From Candidatus Micrarchaeia archaeon (GTDB lineage Archaea > Micrarchaeota > Micrarchaeia > Anstonellales > Anstonellaceae), in NCBI GenBank assembly GCA_041650255.1, contig JBAZLL010000005.1, positions 153-64,152 on the forward strand: DNA of 64,000 bases. Reading direction: 5' to 3'. Position numbers and translations under genes: made by a program. The notes under the pieces are model-generated. The model saw only the letters and a program-made list of their open reading frames with translations, was not told where the DNA came from and made no database searches. Below, in pieces: positions 8,904-17,709 of this stretch. Position 1 is the stretch's first letter; each line of letters opens with the position of its first letter.

Positions 8904-8941
8904 AACTTTTGCCGGAAAAAGAAAATAAAAAATAAAAAGCC

Positions 8942-9583
8942 TCACTTCTTTTTCTCTTTTTGAAATTCCAAATAAGAATATACAAACGAGAATATTGCAA
9001 TCATTACCAAAAGAATAATCGACGCAATAAATAACTGCGGAACAAATGCCCCAAACAATGCAATAACTGCCGCCACCTTGAACATCTTGGAACAAATATC
9101 ATGAGTTTTAGTCCAAACATTCTCACTGCTCAAAGTCCAAGGCGTCCTTATTCCCACGAACCAATTCTGTTTTGCTCTTGAAATGACTACTCCCATATAA
9201 TAAAATAGCGCACCGAATGCGGGGGCAAGAAAGCGCATTATGTCAATTTTATACCCGACCGAGTAAACTAATGTAAGCAGATATACGTAATACAAAAATC
9301 CGACAAGAATCGCAACCATTCCGTCATATTCCTTTTGAAACTCGGAATAATTCTTTTTTAATGGGTCAAGCATGGGGATAACGTAAAACAGCCCAAGCAT
9401 AACTAGTGATATAATGGGCATCAAAAACAGGGCAACTCCCTTATCCATATATCCGTCAACCTGCCCTTCAATATTCCAATGAGATGCCATTTTCTCTGGC
9501 ATCTGCATGTAAAAATAAGCATACAATGCGGTGATAAATGAAAGCGCCACAAGCGCGATACTCAGAATTTGCATTTTTCTCAT
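8942..9583 (-). CDS. SdpI/YhfL-family membrane protein with an N-terminal DUF1648 domain
   Basis: 213 aa. MPEKMASHWNIEGQVDGYMDKG matches the DUF1648 signature (HWN..G..DGY). It is followed by about 4 further TM helices, as in SdpI immunity-type proteins. Confidence 0.6.
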   Translation of the reverse strand: MRKMQILSIALVALSFITALYAYFYMQMPEKMASHWNIEGQVDGYMDKGVALFLMPIISLVMLGLFYVIPMLDPLKKNYSEFQKEYDGMVAILVGFLYYVYLLTLVYSVGYKIDIMRFLAPAFGALFYYMGVVISRAKQNWFVGIRTPWTLSSENVWTKTHDICSKMFKVAAVIALFGAFVPQLFIASIILLVMIAIFSFVYSYLEFQKEKKK

Positions 9584-9655
9584 ATCTACACCCTATTCCT
9601 TCCCATCTGCAAAGCTAAAAAACAGAACTGAAAAAGAAATTAGGGAAAAAATAGT

Positions 9656-9741
9656 ACAAACCAAAAATTAAGAAAAGAAAACAAACTAAAAATATTACAA
9701 ACCAAAAATTAAGAAAAGAAAACAACCAAAAATTAAGAAAA
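9656..9741. repeat. A-rich intergenic direct repeat: 29-nt unit ACAAACCAAAAATTAAGAAAAGAAAACAA x2 (9656-9684, 9697-9725) plus a partial third copy
   Basis: Read directly. It lies between the 3' end of the ABC operon and the start of 8942..9583, and reads T-rich on the transcribed (-) strand, so it may be a terminator tract. Confidence 0.55.
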
Positions 9742-9762
9742 ATAAAAAAAGAAAATTTGCAA

Positions 9763-11010
9763 CTAAGCCTTCTTCTTCGCAGTCAATTTTTTCCCCGCAA
9801 AGAAAACCACCATTATCGCTGCAAGCACCCACACATACCATATATCAATAATTTTTTCAATTATAGGTCGTGTTCGTGTAGTGAGCGAAAAGTCCTGTGT
9901 GTCGCTAAATGTTTTTCCTTGCGAATCTTCAAAATCTATCAAAAGACTCGACAGTTGCGTTCCGGGCGTGCCTTCCTTATCCACATGAATCAAATATTCA
10001 AGGTCTGCACTCTCGCCCGGTTTTATCGAATCAATATATCTGACCGTGCCATCCGTGCTGAACGGAAATATCGGCTTTATTTTTACCTTAACTTTTTTCG
10101 CTTCTTTCGTGCCCGTGTTCTCAAGTGTTATAATCACCGTTTCATCCTCTCCTATCGCAAGAAGCTTGTCTGATTTGGCACTTGCCTTAAACTCCGCTTT
10201 TTGCTTGAGCGGCAAAACAAGATTTATGCTCTCGCTCATTTTGCTTTTATCCTCTTTTGCATATTGCAAATTCAACGTGAGCGTATAATCTCCGGGCTTT
10301 GCGTCTTTCTCAGCTTCTATAACAAATTCTGCATTGCCATTTTGGCGCGCGCCTATCGCTCCGACAGTTTGCGTTTTGCCCGCCCATTTTACTTCAATTC
10401 CTTTTTGCGCCTGCAAATTTGCAATAACCGATTCTGCCCTGCTACTACCGGAATTATGCAATTTTATGCTAATTGTCGCCGTGTCGCCCGGGTAAATATC
10501 CTGCGGATTTGAGGAAGCCACGGTTGCAATGATATCCGGCTCTCCTCCAACGCGAACATTTAGTGTATTTGATTCACTAAACTTTGAGAAGCGTTTTTCA
10601 TAAGTGGTGGCAACCGTTATCGGGTAAGTGCCACTTTCTGCAAGCGAATCAATCGGTATCAAAAATGAAACACGCCCCTTCTCTTTTGCGTCCTGTGCGC
10701 AAAGGTCTCCCAAATATTGTGTGTCGGGTCCCTGATTAGAGAGGGGGTAAGACATTGATACCTGCACGGACACTCTTTCCGCGCAATTGTCGGTTTCAAC
10801 GCTTCTTAGCTGTAATGTAAGATTAACAACATGTCCCGGTATTGTCGGCACCTCGCTTAGAGTATATTTTTCAAGCTCTATTTTCGGATTCAGCGAGGCA
10901 AACGAAATACTTGTCAGTGCCAAAAATATCATGAGCACCGCGAATGTCTTATTCGCAATGGTGTATTTGATTTCATCTTCGCATTTTTTCATCGAGCCCT
11001 TTGTTTTCAT
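9763..11010 (-). CDS. Cell-surface protein with repeated beta-sandwich (CARDB/NEW3, COG1361 S-layer-like) domains and N- and C-terminal TM anchors
   Basis: 415 aa. Has an N-terminal signal/anchor (FAVLMIFLALTSISFA) and a C-terminal TM helix followed by a KK tail. Contains repeated ~100-aa segments with the patterns PGD.....I.L.N.G and ...Y.L. Last gene of the ABC-2 operon. Confidence 0.55.
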   Translation of the reverse strand: MKTKGSMKKCEDEIKYTIANKTFAVLMIFLALTSISFASLNPKIELEKYTLSEVPTIPGHVVNLTLQLRSVETDNCAERVSVQVSMSYPLSNQGPDTQYLGDLCAQDAKEKGRVSFLIPIDSLAESGTYPITVATTYEKRFSKFSESNTLNVRVGGEPDIIATVASSNPQDIYPGDTATISIKLHNSGSSRAESVIANLQAQKGIEVKWAGKTQTVGAIGARQNGNAEFVIEAEKDAKPGDYTLTLNLQYAKEDKSKMSESINLVLPLKQKAEFKASAKSDKLLAIGEDETVIITLENTGTKEAKKVKVKIKPIFPFSTDGTVRYIDSIKPGESADLEYLIHVDKEGTPGTQLSSLLIDFEDSQGKTFSDTQDFSLTTRTRPIIEKIIDIWYVWVLAAIMVVFFAGKKLTAKKKA

Positions 11011-11018
11011 AATATCAC

Positions 11019-12668
11019 CTACAGAAGCTCCCTCTTAAAGAGCAATACGCTGGCAACTAATGTCGCAAGCGCAAATACAATCAGAAACGTCATATCTGGC
11101 ATAACCTGCCAAATAGAGAATCCCTTAATCATTATTCCTCGCAATGCGTCCGATGCGTAAGTAACCGGAATCGCATTTGAAATTCCCTGCAAAACCGGAG
11201 GCATTGTTTCAATCGGCAAAAACACTCCAGACAAAAACATCGTGGGCAGTGTCGCAAGCATCGCAATTGACATATATTGCTCCTGCGATTTTGCAATCAC
11301 GGACATTATCATACCCAATCCGGTTGCTCCTGCCGCATATATCGCAATTACTACAAATATCTCGGCAAGGCTTCCCTTTATTGTAACTCCGAAAAGAAGT
11401 ATTGCAACAAACACAATAATGCTTGAGCGAATTGTCTCCAGCAAAATGTAATACAGCAGCGTTCCGGAAATTATCGTAACATTTGAAGTCGGGGTGAGAA
11501 ACACTCTTGTCATAGAGCCATCTTTTCTTTCCCCGGCAACTGCGCGCCCAAGCCCCATCACTGCCCCCTGGAAAATAATAAGTGCAAGGATACTCGGAAT
11601 CAAAAAGTCCAATCCGGGCCTTCCGCTTCCATAAGGCTCAATTTCAGTAAGCGCAATCGGCGGATTGTCCGCATTTATTTTTGCAATGGAACTTATTTCA
11701 TTCATTTGCTGCTTGGCAGAATTTACCATTTCATAAGATGCGCTAATCGCCTCTTTTTCCGCAAGCGAAGTTGCATAATTTGCCTCGGATGCATAATATA
11801 CTTTCGCCATGCTTGCCGCAGTTTTTGCATTCACCGCCTGCAACCCGCCATAGGTGGAAATCTGCAATAATGTCGCCTGTTGCGTGTCTCCCGATGCAAG
11901 CGCCGCCAACGAGCCTGAAAAGCCCGGTCCGGGGGAATATGCAGATGCAATCTCGTTCTGGTCTATCAAATAACCGAGCGAATTCTTGAGACCTTCAATC
12001 GTGTCCCCAAGTGTGCTTGCAGTTTTTGCCGAGAGTTGTTTTGAGCTTCTATATTCATTTTTAATCAGGTTCATTCTTTGCTCATTATTATCCTGTGCCG
12101 CAACTTCAATTGTTTTTTGTGCCATGCTTGCATACTGCTCTCCCACTGCCGCTTTGGCAGCCACCGCTTTCATTCTCTGCGCATAAAGTTGGGACGAGAG
12201 GCTTTGTACAAACAGCCGCGTGGATGCCTTGTTAATTTGCGCAATTGTAGGGTCGGCTTCATCCACAATTACCAGCATGGACGCGGTTTTTCCATCCTTA
12301 ATATCCTTTTCAAATCCTTTCGGTATGATAAATAATATTTTTACTTTCCCCTCTTCCACAAGCCTTTTTCCTTCATCCTGACTTGATACCTGCCGTTTTA
12401 TTGAAAATATTTCGGACGTGTACAGGTTTGATTGCACCATCTGCGAAAAATTTGAGTTGTCATAATCAACTATCGCCGCAGACACATGCTTTGGAACCTC
12501 TCCAGCAGTAAAGCCGTATATGAGTATCATCACAAGCGGGAACAACAAAAGGAAAAACAGGCGAACCTTATCCTTTTTCATTACCATCCAGTTCTTTTTT
12601 ACAATAGCCGATACCTTTTTGCCGTCAAGCAATTTTTCGCTAGAGCCGTTTGTGTGCGTGCCTGCCAT
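11019..12668 (-). CDS. ABC-2 family transporter permease with a large extracytoplasmic domain
   Basis: 549 aa. One N-terminal TM helix, a ~300-aa soluble region, then 5 C-terminal TM helices typical of ABC2_membrane. Its start lies within 2 nt of the ATPase gene stop. Confidence 0.75.
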   Translation of the reverse strand: MAGTHTNGSSEKLLDGKKVSAIVKKNWMVMKKDKVRLFFLLLFPLVMILIYGFTAGEVPKHVSAAIVDYDNSNFSQMVQSNLYTSEIFSIKRQVSSQDEGKRLVEEGKVKILFIIPKGFEKDIKDGKTASMLVIVDEADPTIAQINKASTRLFVQSLSSQLYAQRMKAVAAKAAVGEQYASMAQKTIEVAAQDNNEQRMNLIKNEYRSSKQLSAKTASTLGDTIEGLKNSLGYLIDQNEIASAYSPGPGFSGSLAALASGDTQQATLLQISTYGGLQAVNAKTAASMAKVYYASEANYATSLAEKEAISASYEMVNSAKQQMNEISSIAKINADNPPIALTEIEPYGSGRPGLDFLIPSILALIIFQGAVMGLGRAVAGERKDGSMTRVFLTPTSNVTIISGTLLYYILLETIRSSIIVFVAILLFGVTIKGSLAEIFVVIAIYAAGATGLGMIMSVIAKSQEQYMSIAMLATLPTMFLSGVFLPIETMPPVLQGISNAIPVTYASDALRGIMIKGFSIWQVMPDMTFLIVFALATLVASVLLFKRELL

Positions 12669-12669
12669 C

Positions 12670-13638
12670 CTAGTCCCTCACGTCCTTTTTTGTAAGATTG
12701 ATAAAAACATCTTCAAGAGAAGGTTCGGCCGTTCGCAGTTCTTTCACTTTCACATGCTTTTTTGCAAGATAATTGGAAAGTGTGAGTAGTGCCGCCTTTT
12801 CCATATTTTTCATGCTTATTTCAATTTTGTTTCCTTTCACAGTTATCGTATCTATCTTTAGAAACTCCTTTATCTCTTCAGCCAATTTGTGTGCAGGTTC
12901 ATCAGTTTCAATTTCTATCCTATGATTTCCGCCGTGTTTGCGCTTTAGCTCCTGCGGCGTTCCTTCCGCAATGATATGCCCTTTATCCATAATTGCGATG
13001 CGCTGGCAAAGCTTGTCCGCTTCTTCCATATCGTGTGTGGTGTAAACAATCGTCATTCCGGAATCGTTTAGTCTTTTTGTAAGCTCACGCAAGGCAATTC
13101 TGCTTTGTGGATCAAGCCCAGTTGTGGGCTCATCCATAAATAGTATTTGCGGCTTGTGCAAAAGCCCTGCCGCAACGGACAGTCTTTGTTTCATTCCGCC
13201 TGAAAATCCCTCGGAATAAATATCCTTTTTCTCGTACAATCCGACGGTTTTTAGCAGTTCTTCGCTTCTTTTTATGATTTCTGATTTGTTCATTCCAAAG
13301 AGTTCTCCGATATACCAAAGATTCTCCATCGGGGTAAGCTCTCCAAAGAGTGCAAATTCCTGCGGAACAACGCCTATTTTGCTTCTTACAATTGCCGCGT
13401 CCCTGACAAGGTCGTATCCGGCAATTTTTGCTTTCCCTCCATTTGGTGCAAGAAGAGTCGTGAGCATCTTAATCGTAGTAGTTTTTCCGGCGCCGTTTGG
13501 ACCCAAAAAACCGAAGAGTTCTCCCTTTTTTATCTTAAGCTCAAGTGAGTTGACCGCTGTAAAACTGCCAAATTTCTTTGTAAGTCCCGCGCATTCAACG
13601 TCAAGTTCTTCGTTCGTCATGGCAATTCCTCTAGGCAT
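12670..13638 (-). CDS. ABC transporter ATP-binding protein (DrrA/CcmA-like, ABC-2 exporter type)
   Basis: Walker A GPNGAGKTT, signature FSGGMKQRL, Walker B ILFMDEPTTGLD, H-loop TTHDMEEA. MTNEEL (13620) is an alternative start. Confidence 0.9.
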   Translation of the reverse strand: MPRGIAMTNEELDVECAGLTKKFGSFTAVNSLELKIKKGELFGFLGPNGAGKTTTIKMLTTLLAPNGGKAKIAGYDLVRDAAIVRSKIGVVPQEFALFGELTPMENLWYIGELFGMNKSEIIKRSEELLKTVGLYEKKDIYSEGFSGGMKQRLSVAAGLLHKPQILFMDEPTTGLDPQSRIALRELTKRLNDSGMTIVYTTHDMEEADKLCQRIAIMDKGHIIAEGTPQELKRKHGGNHRIEIETDEPAHKLAEEIKEFLKIDTITVKGNKIEISMKNMEKAALLTLSNYLAKKHVKVKELRTAEPSLEDVFINLTKKDVRD

Positions 13639-13712
13639 ATTCCATTTTTAGTAATATTCTATTTATTGGAATAGTTTTATAATACTTCTCCGCGCAGATT
13701 AAACCGGTAATA

Positions 13713-14099
13713 ATGTTTAGCAACAAAAAAATTTCCAATGTACAAAGAGTTTGCAGCAAAAACGATCTTCCTGGTCCGGTGACCTTTCTTGGTCTTTATT
13801 TCATTTGGCGCCTCTCAAAGAGCCCCGCGCACGGCTATTCTCTTGTTGAGGAGGTGCGCACGAACACCCCGTTCAAGCACATAAAAATGTCCACCGTTTA
13901 TCTTGTGCTATCAAAGCTTGAAACATCCGGGCTGGTAAAAAGCGCAAGAAAGGCCGTTGGTATGCGCGTGCGCAAAATCTATACCACTACAAAAAAAGGC
14001 AGAGAGCTGTTTGAGAGCAAACGGGGAAAACATATGCACGGTCCCATTCGCGAATTCATGGCGGAATTGCTCGGATTAAAATTAGAGACAAAAGGCTGA
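13713..14099 (+). CDS. padR: PadR-family winged-helix transcriptional regulator
   Basis: 128 aa. LSKSPAHGYSLVEEV...VYLVLSKLETSGLVKS...RKIYTTTKKG is the PadR wHTH pattern. Divergently transcribed from the ABC-2 operon. Confidence 0.8.
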   Translation: MFSNKKISNVQRVCSKNDLPGPVTFLGLYFIWRLSKSPAHGYSLVEEVRTNTPFKHIKMSTVYLVLSKLETSGLVKSARKAVGMRVRKIYTTTKKGRELFESKRGKHMHGPIREFMAELLGLKLETKG

Positions 14100-14112
14100 A
14101 ATTCTCCACTCT

Positions 14113-14125
14113 AAAGTAATATAAG
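14113..14125 (+). promoter_or_regulatory. Putative archaeal TATA box for the C/D sRNA
   Basis: AAAGTAATATAAG is centred about 24 nt upstream of the sRNA 5' terminal stem. Confidence 0.4.
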
Positions 14126-14143
14126 ATTTCAAATTCATCCTTT

Positions 14144-14225
14144 TCTTAGATGATGATTCCAGTTTTACTGAGCACGGGCTTTTGCCCATGTGTTGATGAA
14201 TACCTGGAGCACTGATATTCTAAGA
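14144..14225 (+). ncRNA. Box C/D sRNA (2'-O-methylation guide). The D guide is complementary to the tRNA-Trp anticodon loop and predicts Cm34
   Basis: Terminal stem TCTTAG/CTAAGA. Box C ATGATGA (14150-56). 11-nt guide TTCCAGTTTTA. Box D' CTGA (14168-71). Internal GGGC-TTTT-GCCC hairpin. Box C' TGATGA (14194-99). 12-nt guide ATACCTGGAGCA (14200-11). Box D CTGA (14212-15). A T7 run follows at 14244-50. Confidence 0.8.
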
Positions 14226-14264
14226 TACATCAAACTCTTAGAATTTTTTTACAATGCGCCCGAT

Positions 14265-15110
14265 TCAGGCTTCGGGAACAATAGTATACGCGCAAATCTT
14301 TGTGCCTTCATTAACAAGTGTGATATTTGTTGCATTAGATTTTATTGATGCTGTTGAAGCGTTTATGCTGTACACTCGATGCGATTCATAATACTCTTTG
14401 ACAATTTCTTTCATTTCCCGTTTTGTCGGAGATACATAATATTCTCCTACTTCGAATTTTTTACACATCGCTTCAATTTTCTCCAACGCACTCTCAACTT
14501 TGTCCTGTTGTCTGTTCAACCAAATGTGCGGGGCCAAATAAGAAAGCCCTCCAATCATCGCACCCACTACTCCTCCAATTGCCGCACCCATATGGTTTTT
14601 TTTGAGCAAATACTCGCATGTCGCGCAGATGGAAACAATCCCCAAAGCCGCCTTCAATCCAATTTTATCCCATCTTATGTGTGCATTTTCAAAATATGCC
14701 TTGGTGTCGTGTGCCAGCGCATGATGGCAATTTTCGCTATTGTTGGTAATAATTCCGTCTGCATATCTTATCTTGAATCCGAGTGCTTTTTTGTGCAGTT
14801 TGCGCACTTTTTTATGTAATATTTTTTCTTGCGAGGATTCCAACTCTTGGTGCTCTATCAATCCCAATTTTTCACAAAACTCGTTTATTTTTCTAAATAC
14901 AGGCGTGGCCAAAATTTTTTGTTTTGGCTCTTTTGTATTTTGTGCCTCTATTTTTTTATTGAGCGTTTTTACTTTTTTATCAAATGCAATCAGTTCATTG
15001 ACAACTTTTTTCAGGCTCTTATCTTTTTCAAGTAGCAAATCTTCTCTATTTCCAAATTTCGTTTGTATTTTTTGCACTACCAAATTTTTTAGTATCTGCA
15101 TAAACACCAC
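14265..15110 (-). CDS. Hypothetical protein: Lys-rich coiled-coil N-terminal half, central glycine-zipper TM segment (GAAIGGVVGAMIGGLSY)
   Basis: 281-aa ORF with protein-like composition. The overlapping plus-strand ORFs are Phe/Ser-rich low-complexity artefacts. Confidence 0.55.
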   Translation of the reverse strand: MVFMQILKNLVVQKIQTKFGNREDLLLEKDKSLKKVVNELIAFDKKVKTLNKKIEAQNTKEPKQKILATPVFRKINEFCEKLGLIEHQELESSQEKILHKKVRKLHKKALGFKIRYADGIITNNSENCHHALAHDTKAYFENAHIRWDKIGLKAALGIVSICATCEYLLKKNHMGAAIGGVVGAMIGGLSYLAPHIWLNRQQDKVESALEKIEAMCKKFEVGEYYVSPTKREMKEIVKEYYESHRVYSINASTASIKSNATNITLVNEGTKICAYTIVPEA

Positions 15111-15254
15111 TAAGCCTTTGTTGATACATTTGTTTATGTTACAATATTTATATCATTATGCACTCTGTTTCGGGATAAACTTGTTTTTGCAAACAAAAAA
15201 TTCACCCCTAAACCGATTGGTAATTATTTTTAACTCTCCCTCCCATTTTTTGCT

Positions 15255-16016
15255 GTGTCTAAAAGAAAACGGGCAAAAAGCAAGCAAGCATCAGCTCATG
15301 CAGGGAAAAAAACCCTCATTGTGAAATTCTCCAAAAAATCAAGGGCAAAATATGCAAAACGCCCCAGTGCAAAATCAATGCACAACCAAATTTCGTCCAA
15401 AGAAAAAACAAAAAAAGACACAAAAAAGTTTGACGACCCGCTTGCAGTGCCTATGCCGAAAAGTTGGATGGACTCAAAATCATGCGCGCAAATAATCCAA
15501 TATCGCAAAACGCAATATCGCTTATGGAGCTGGGCGGTTGCCCTCTCAATTTTATTGCTTTTTAGCGTAGCAGGAATAGAAATTCTTTCCGATATGAACA
15601 TTCTTGCAAGTCCAAGTGAAAATCATGCTTTGATTCTGCAAGGTGCCGACATTCTCGCAATATTTGTAATCGGGCTTGAGCTTGTATCCAGTTTTTCGCA
15701 TTCCAAAAACAAGGCGCTTTTTGTAGCAGAAAACTGGCTGGCAATACTGGCTATTTTACCTATTGGTCTTTTCGCCCGCGCATTAAAGGCATTTGAAGTG
15801 TTTGCATTAATGGAGGAAATATCCATTTTGCGCGGCTTTCAAATGGCGGGAAAATTCGGTGAGATTTCAAACATTGTGCCTTCTCTTGAAATTCCGTTTG
15901 AGATAAAATTAAGCGAACTATTCTCCGGTATTTTTGTTTCGGTGCGCCAAGTTTTTGCCTCTCTTAATCCCATTTTTCTGATTCTCAAAAGCGCGATATT
16001 GCGCATTTTAAGATAA
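15255..16016 (+). CDS. Membrane protein with a Lys-rich cytoplasmic tail and a voltage-sensor/ion-transport-like 4-TM region but no obvious pore
   Basis: 253 aa, GTG start as given by the track. The TM segments ADILAIFVIGLELVSSF and NWLAILAILPIGLFARALKAFEVF resemble S2-S4 of Ion_trans proteins. This is a weak assignment. Confidence 0.4.
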   Translation: MSKRKRAKSKQASAHAGKKTLIVKFSKKSRAKYAKRPSAKSMHNQISSKEKTKKDTKKFDDPLAVPMPKSWMDSKSCAQIIQYRKTQYRLWSWAVALSILLLFSVAGIEILSDMNILASPSENHALILQGADILAIFVIGLELVSSFSHSKNKALFVAENWLAILAILPIGLFARALKAFEVFALMEEISILRGFQMAGKFGEISNIVPSLEIPFEIKLSELFSGIFVSVRQVFASLNPIFLILKSAILRILR

Positions 16017-16094
16017 ACCATGTGTGCAAATGTCGCACTTTTTTTTCGCGTCTTGGCGGCAAATGCTTTTAAGCCTCAATTTTGAGCACTTCTT

Positions 16095-17144
16095 ATGGAA
16101 TGCAAAAACCTCTTGCCTTTGATGGCAATATTGCTTATTTTGCCGGCACTACTGATTGCCGGGTGTCTCGGCTCTGGGAAAACACAAGCGGAGCCTACTT
16201 ATACTCCTCCGGCTTTAGAAGAAAAACTTTATCCTGTTGTGGTGCAGGAAGAGCCGGCCGCTCCGAATGTAACTAAATTGGTCCCGTTTGAGCTCACATT
16301 CATCAATGTCGGATACGGCGACGCATCCCTTATACAGTCCGAGGGGAAAAACATTCTAATTGACACCGGACCGGATGCAGATGCCTCAAAAATAAAATCG
16401 GTTCTTGCATCAAAAGGGGTAAAAAAAATAGACCTGCTCGTGCTCTCCGAAGATGATATACTTTTTGTGAACGGCGCCGCAGACATCTTGCGCTCATATC
16501 CCGTGGATGAAGTTTGGGTATCTGGCGGCAGACCAAAGGCAGGATTTATGCCAGTCATTCTTCCGCTCGCAAAAAACTCAATTGTAAAAACCGTGCTTTA
16601 CGGGGACAATTATACACTTGGGAACCTAAGCCTCACGGTTCTTAATCCGTTCCCCGGCGAAAACAACACAAGTCCGGACCTTGACTCAATCGTTCTGAAA
16701 GCAAAATACGCAGATTTTTGCTCGCTTATTTTCAGCAACTCGGAAGCATCCGGTGCAACCGGCTCTGATGGCGGAACAGTATTTGGCGGTGTTGACAGCC
16801 GCATAATTTCAGGTCCGATTTCAATTCAAAACTGCAAAGTGCTAAAGGTATCCCACCACGGTTCCGGAAATTCCGCATCATTTCAGCTTCTAAATGAAGT
16901 GAATCCGGACGTCGGTGTAATCAGCGCGGGGCTCAATTTGCCGGAAAACAAATATCCCGAGCCAACTGCGATTCGCAGATTGCTTTTGCGCAACATGTCT
17001 GTTTATGTGACGGACAAGCTCGGCTCAATAACCGTGCTCTCTGATGGAAACGAATACAAGATGGAAACCGAATATCCACGCGATGAAAAATATGCGATTT
17101 TCATAAACGATGTAGGGCAGGGCGGGCTTTTGTACTGGAGATAA
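16095..17144 (+). CDS. ComEC/Rec2-related metallo-beta-lactamase-fold hydrolase, stand-alone lipoprotein form
   Basis: Lipobox LLIAGC. INVGYGDASLIQSEGKNILIDTG and KVSHHGSGNS match the ComEC C-terminal MBL domain signatures. No competence-channel TM domain is present. Confidence 0.75.
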   Translation: MECKNLLPLMAILLILPALLIAGCLGSGKTQAEPTYTPPALEEKLYPVVVQEEPAAPNVTKLVPFELTFINVGYGDASLIQSEGKNILIDTGPDADASKIKSVLASKGVKKIDLLVLSEDDILFVNGAADILRSYPVDEVWVSGGRPKAGFMPVILPLAKNSIVKTVLYGDNYTLGNLSLTVLNPFPGENNTSPDLDSIVLKAKYADFCSLIFSNSEASGATGSDGGTVFGGVDSRIISGPISIQNCKVLKVSHHGSGNSASFQLLNEVNPDVGVISAGLNLPENKYPEPTAIRRLLLRNMSVYVTDKLGSITVLSDGNEYKMETEYPRDEKYAIFINDVGQGGLLYWR

Positions 17145-17231
17145 AAAATTAGTTTGCAATTTTTTCTTTTGTATTTTTTATTTCTAATTTTTATTTGTTT
17201 TTTATCCGGATTTTTTTAAGCAGAATTTTTT

Positions 17232-17648
17232 TTATAGCGGCGGCGCATCCTGTTTTTTTAAAATACTCTCAAGGCTCTGGCTGTATTTTTTCGCATTTTC
17301 AAATGAGATGGAAAATGATTTCGGGTTTTCCTTCAAATAGTCCGTGCGCACAAAAAGCCATTCCCCCCCTCTTATTCTCCATGCGATATAAGTCGTGATA
17401 TTCGTGTTTGCCTGCCAGATTTTGAGCTCATTCACCTGCTCTTTTCTCAATTGCAAATTTGGCGAATCTATAGCCTTGCACTCAAATCCGTATTGGTCAA
17501 CATTTCTAAATGCCAAAATGTCTGGGCACGGACTTGCACCGCCTCCGGAGCCTGCCGCGCGAATTGCGGAAAAACCGACTTCAATCAGTTTTTTTATGAG
17601 CTCGTTTTCAGCCCTGCTTCCTTTTTTATACGAGCCAAATGCCGCCAT
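17232..17648 (-). CDS. hjc: Archaeal Holliday junction resolvase Hjc
   Basis: 138 aa counted from Met77 of the track ORF. KGSRAENELIKKLIEVGFSAIRAAGSGG...PDILAF...FECK gives the E/D/E-x-K catalytic pattern of Hjc. The 76-aa N-terminal extension in the track overlaps the CBS gene promoter region and looks spurious. Confidence 0.8.
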   Translation of the reverse strand: MAAFGSYKKGSRAENELIKKLIEVGFSAIRAAGSGGGASPCPDILAFRNVDQYGFECKAIDSPNLQLRKEQVNELKIWQANTNITTYIAWRIRGGEWLFVRTDYLKENPKSFSISFENAKKYSQSLESILKKQDAPPL

Positions 17649-17709
17649 GAAACTGTTTGAAAGGTTGAGGTTAAAAGCTTTGGGAAGGTTAGCTTTGCGG
17701 GGGGATTTT

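Noticed and set aside
14157-14167. D' guide of the C/D sRNA tested against the tRNA-Trp D-loop (8567-8575) as a second target
   Set aside because: Only about 7 contiguous pairs form. The predicted target nucleotide would sit in a G-U wobble and is not the conserved G18. The real target is more likely an rRNA site outside this window.
14379-15324. Plus-strand ORFs (146 aa and 194 aa) overlapping 14265..15110
   Set aside because: Their translations are Phe/Ser/Leu/Cys-rich and low-complexity. The minus-strand product has a coherent coiled-coil plus glycine-zipper architecture.
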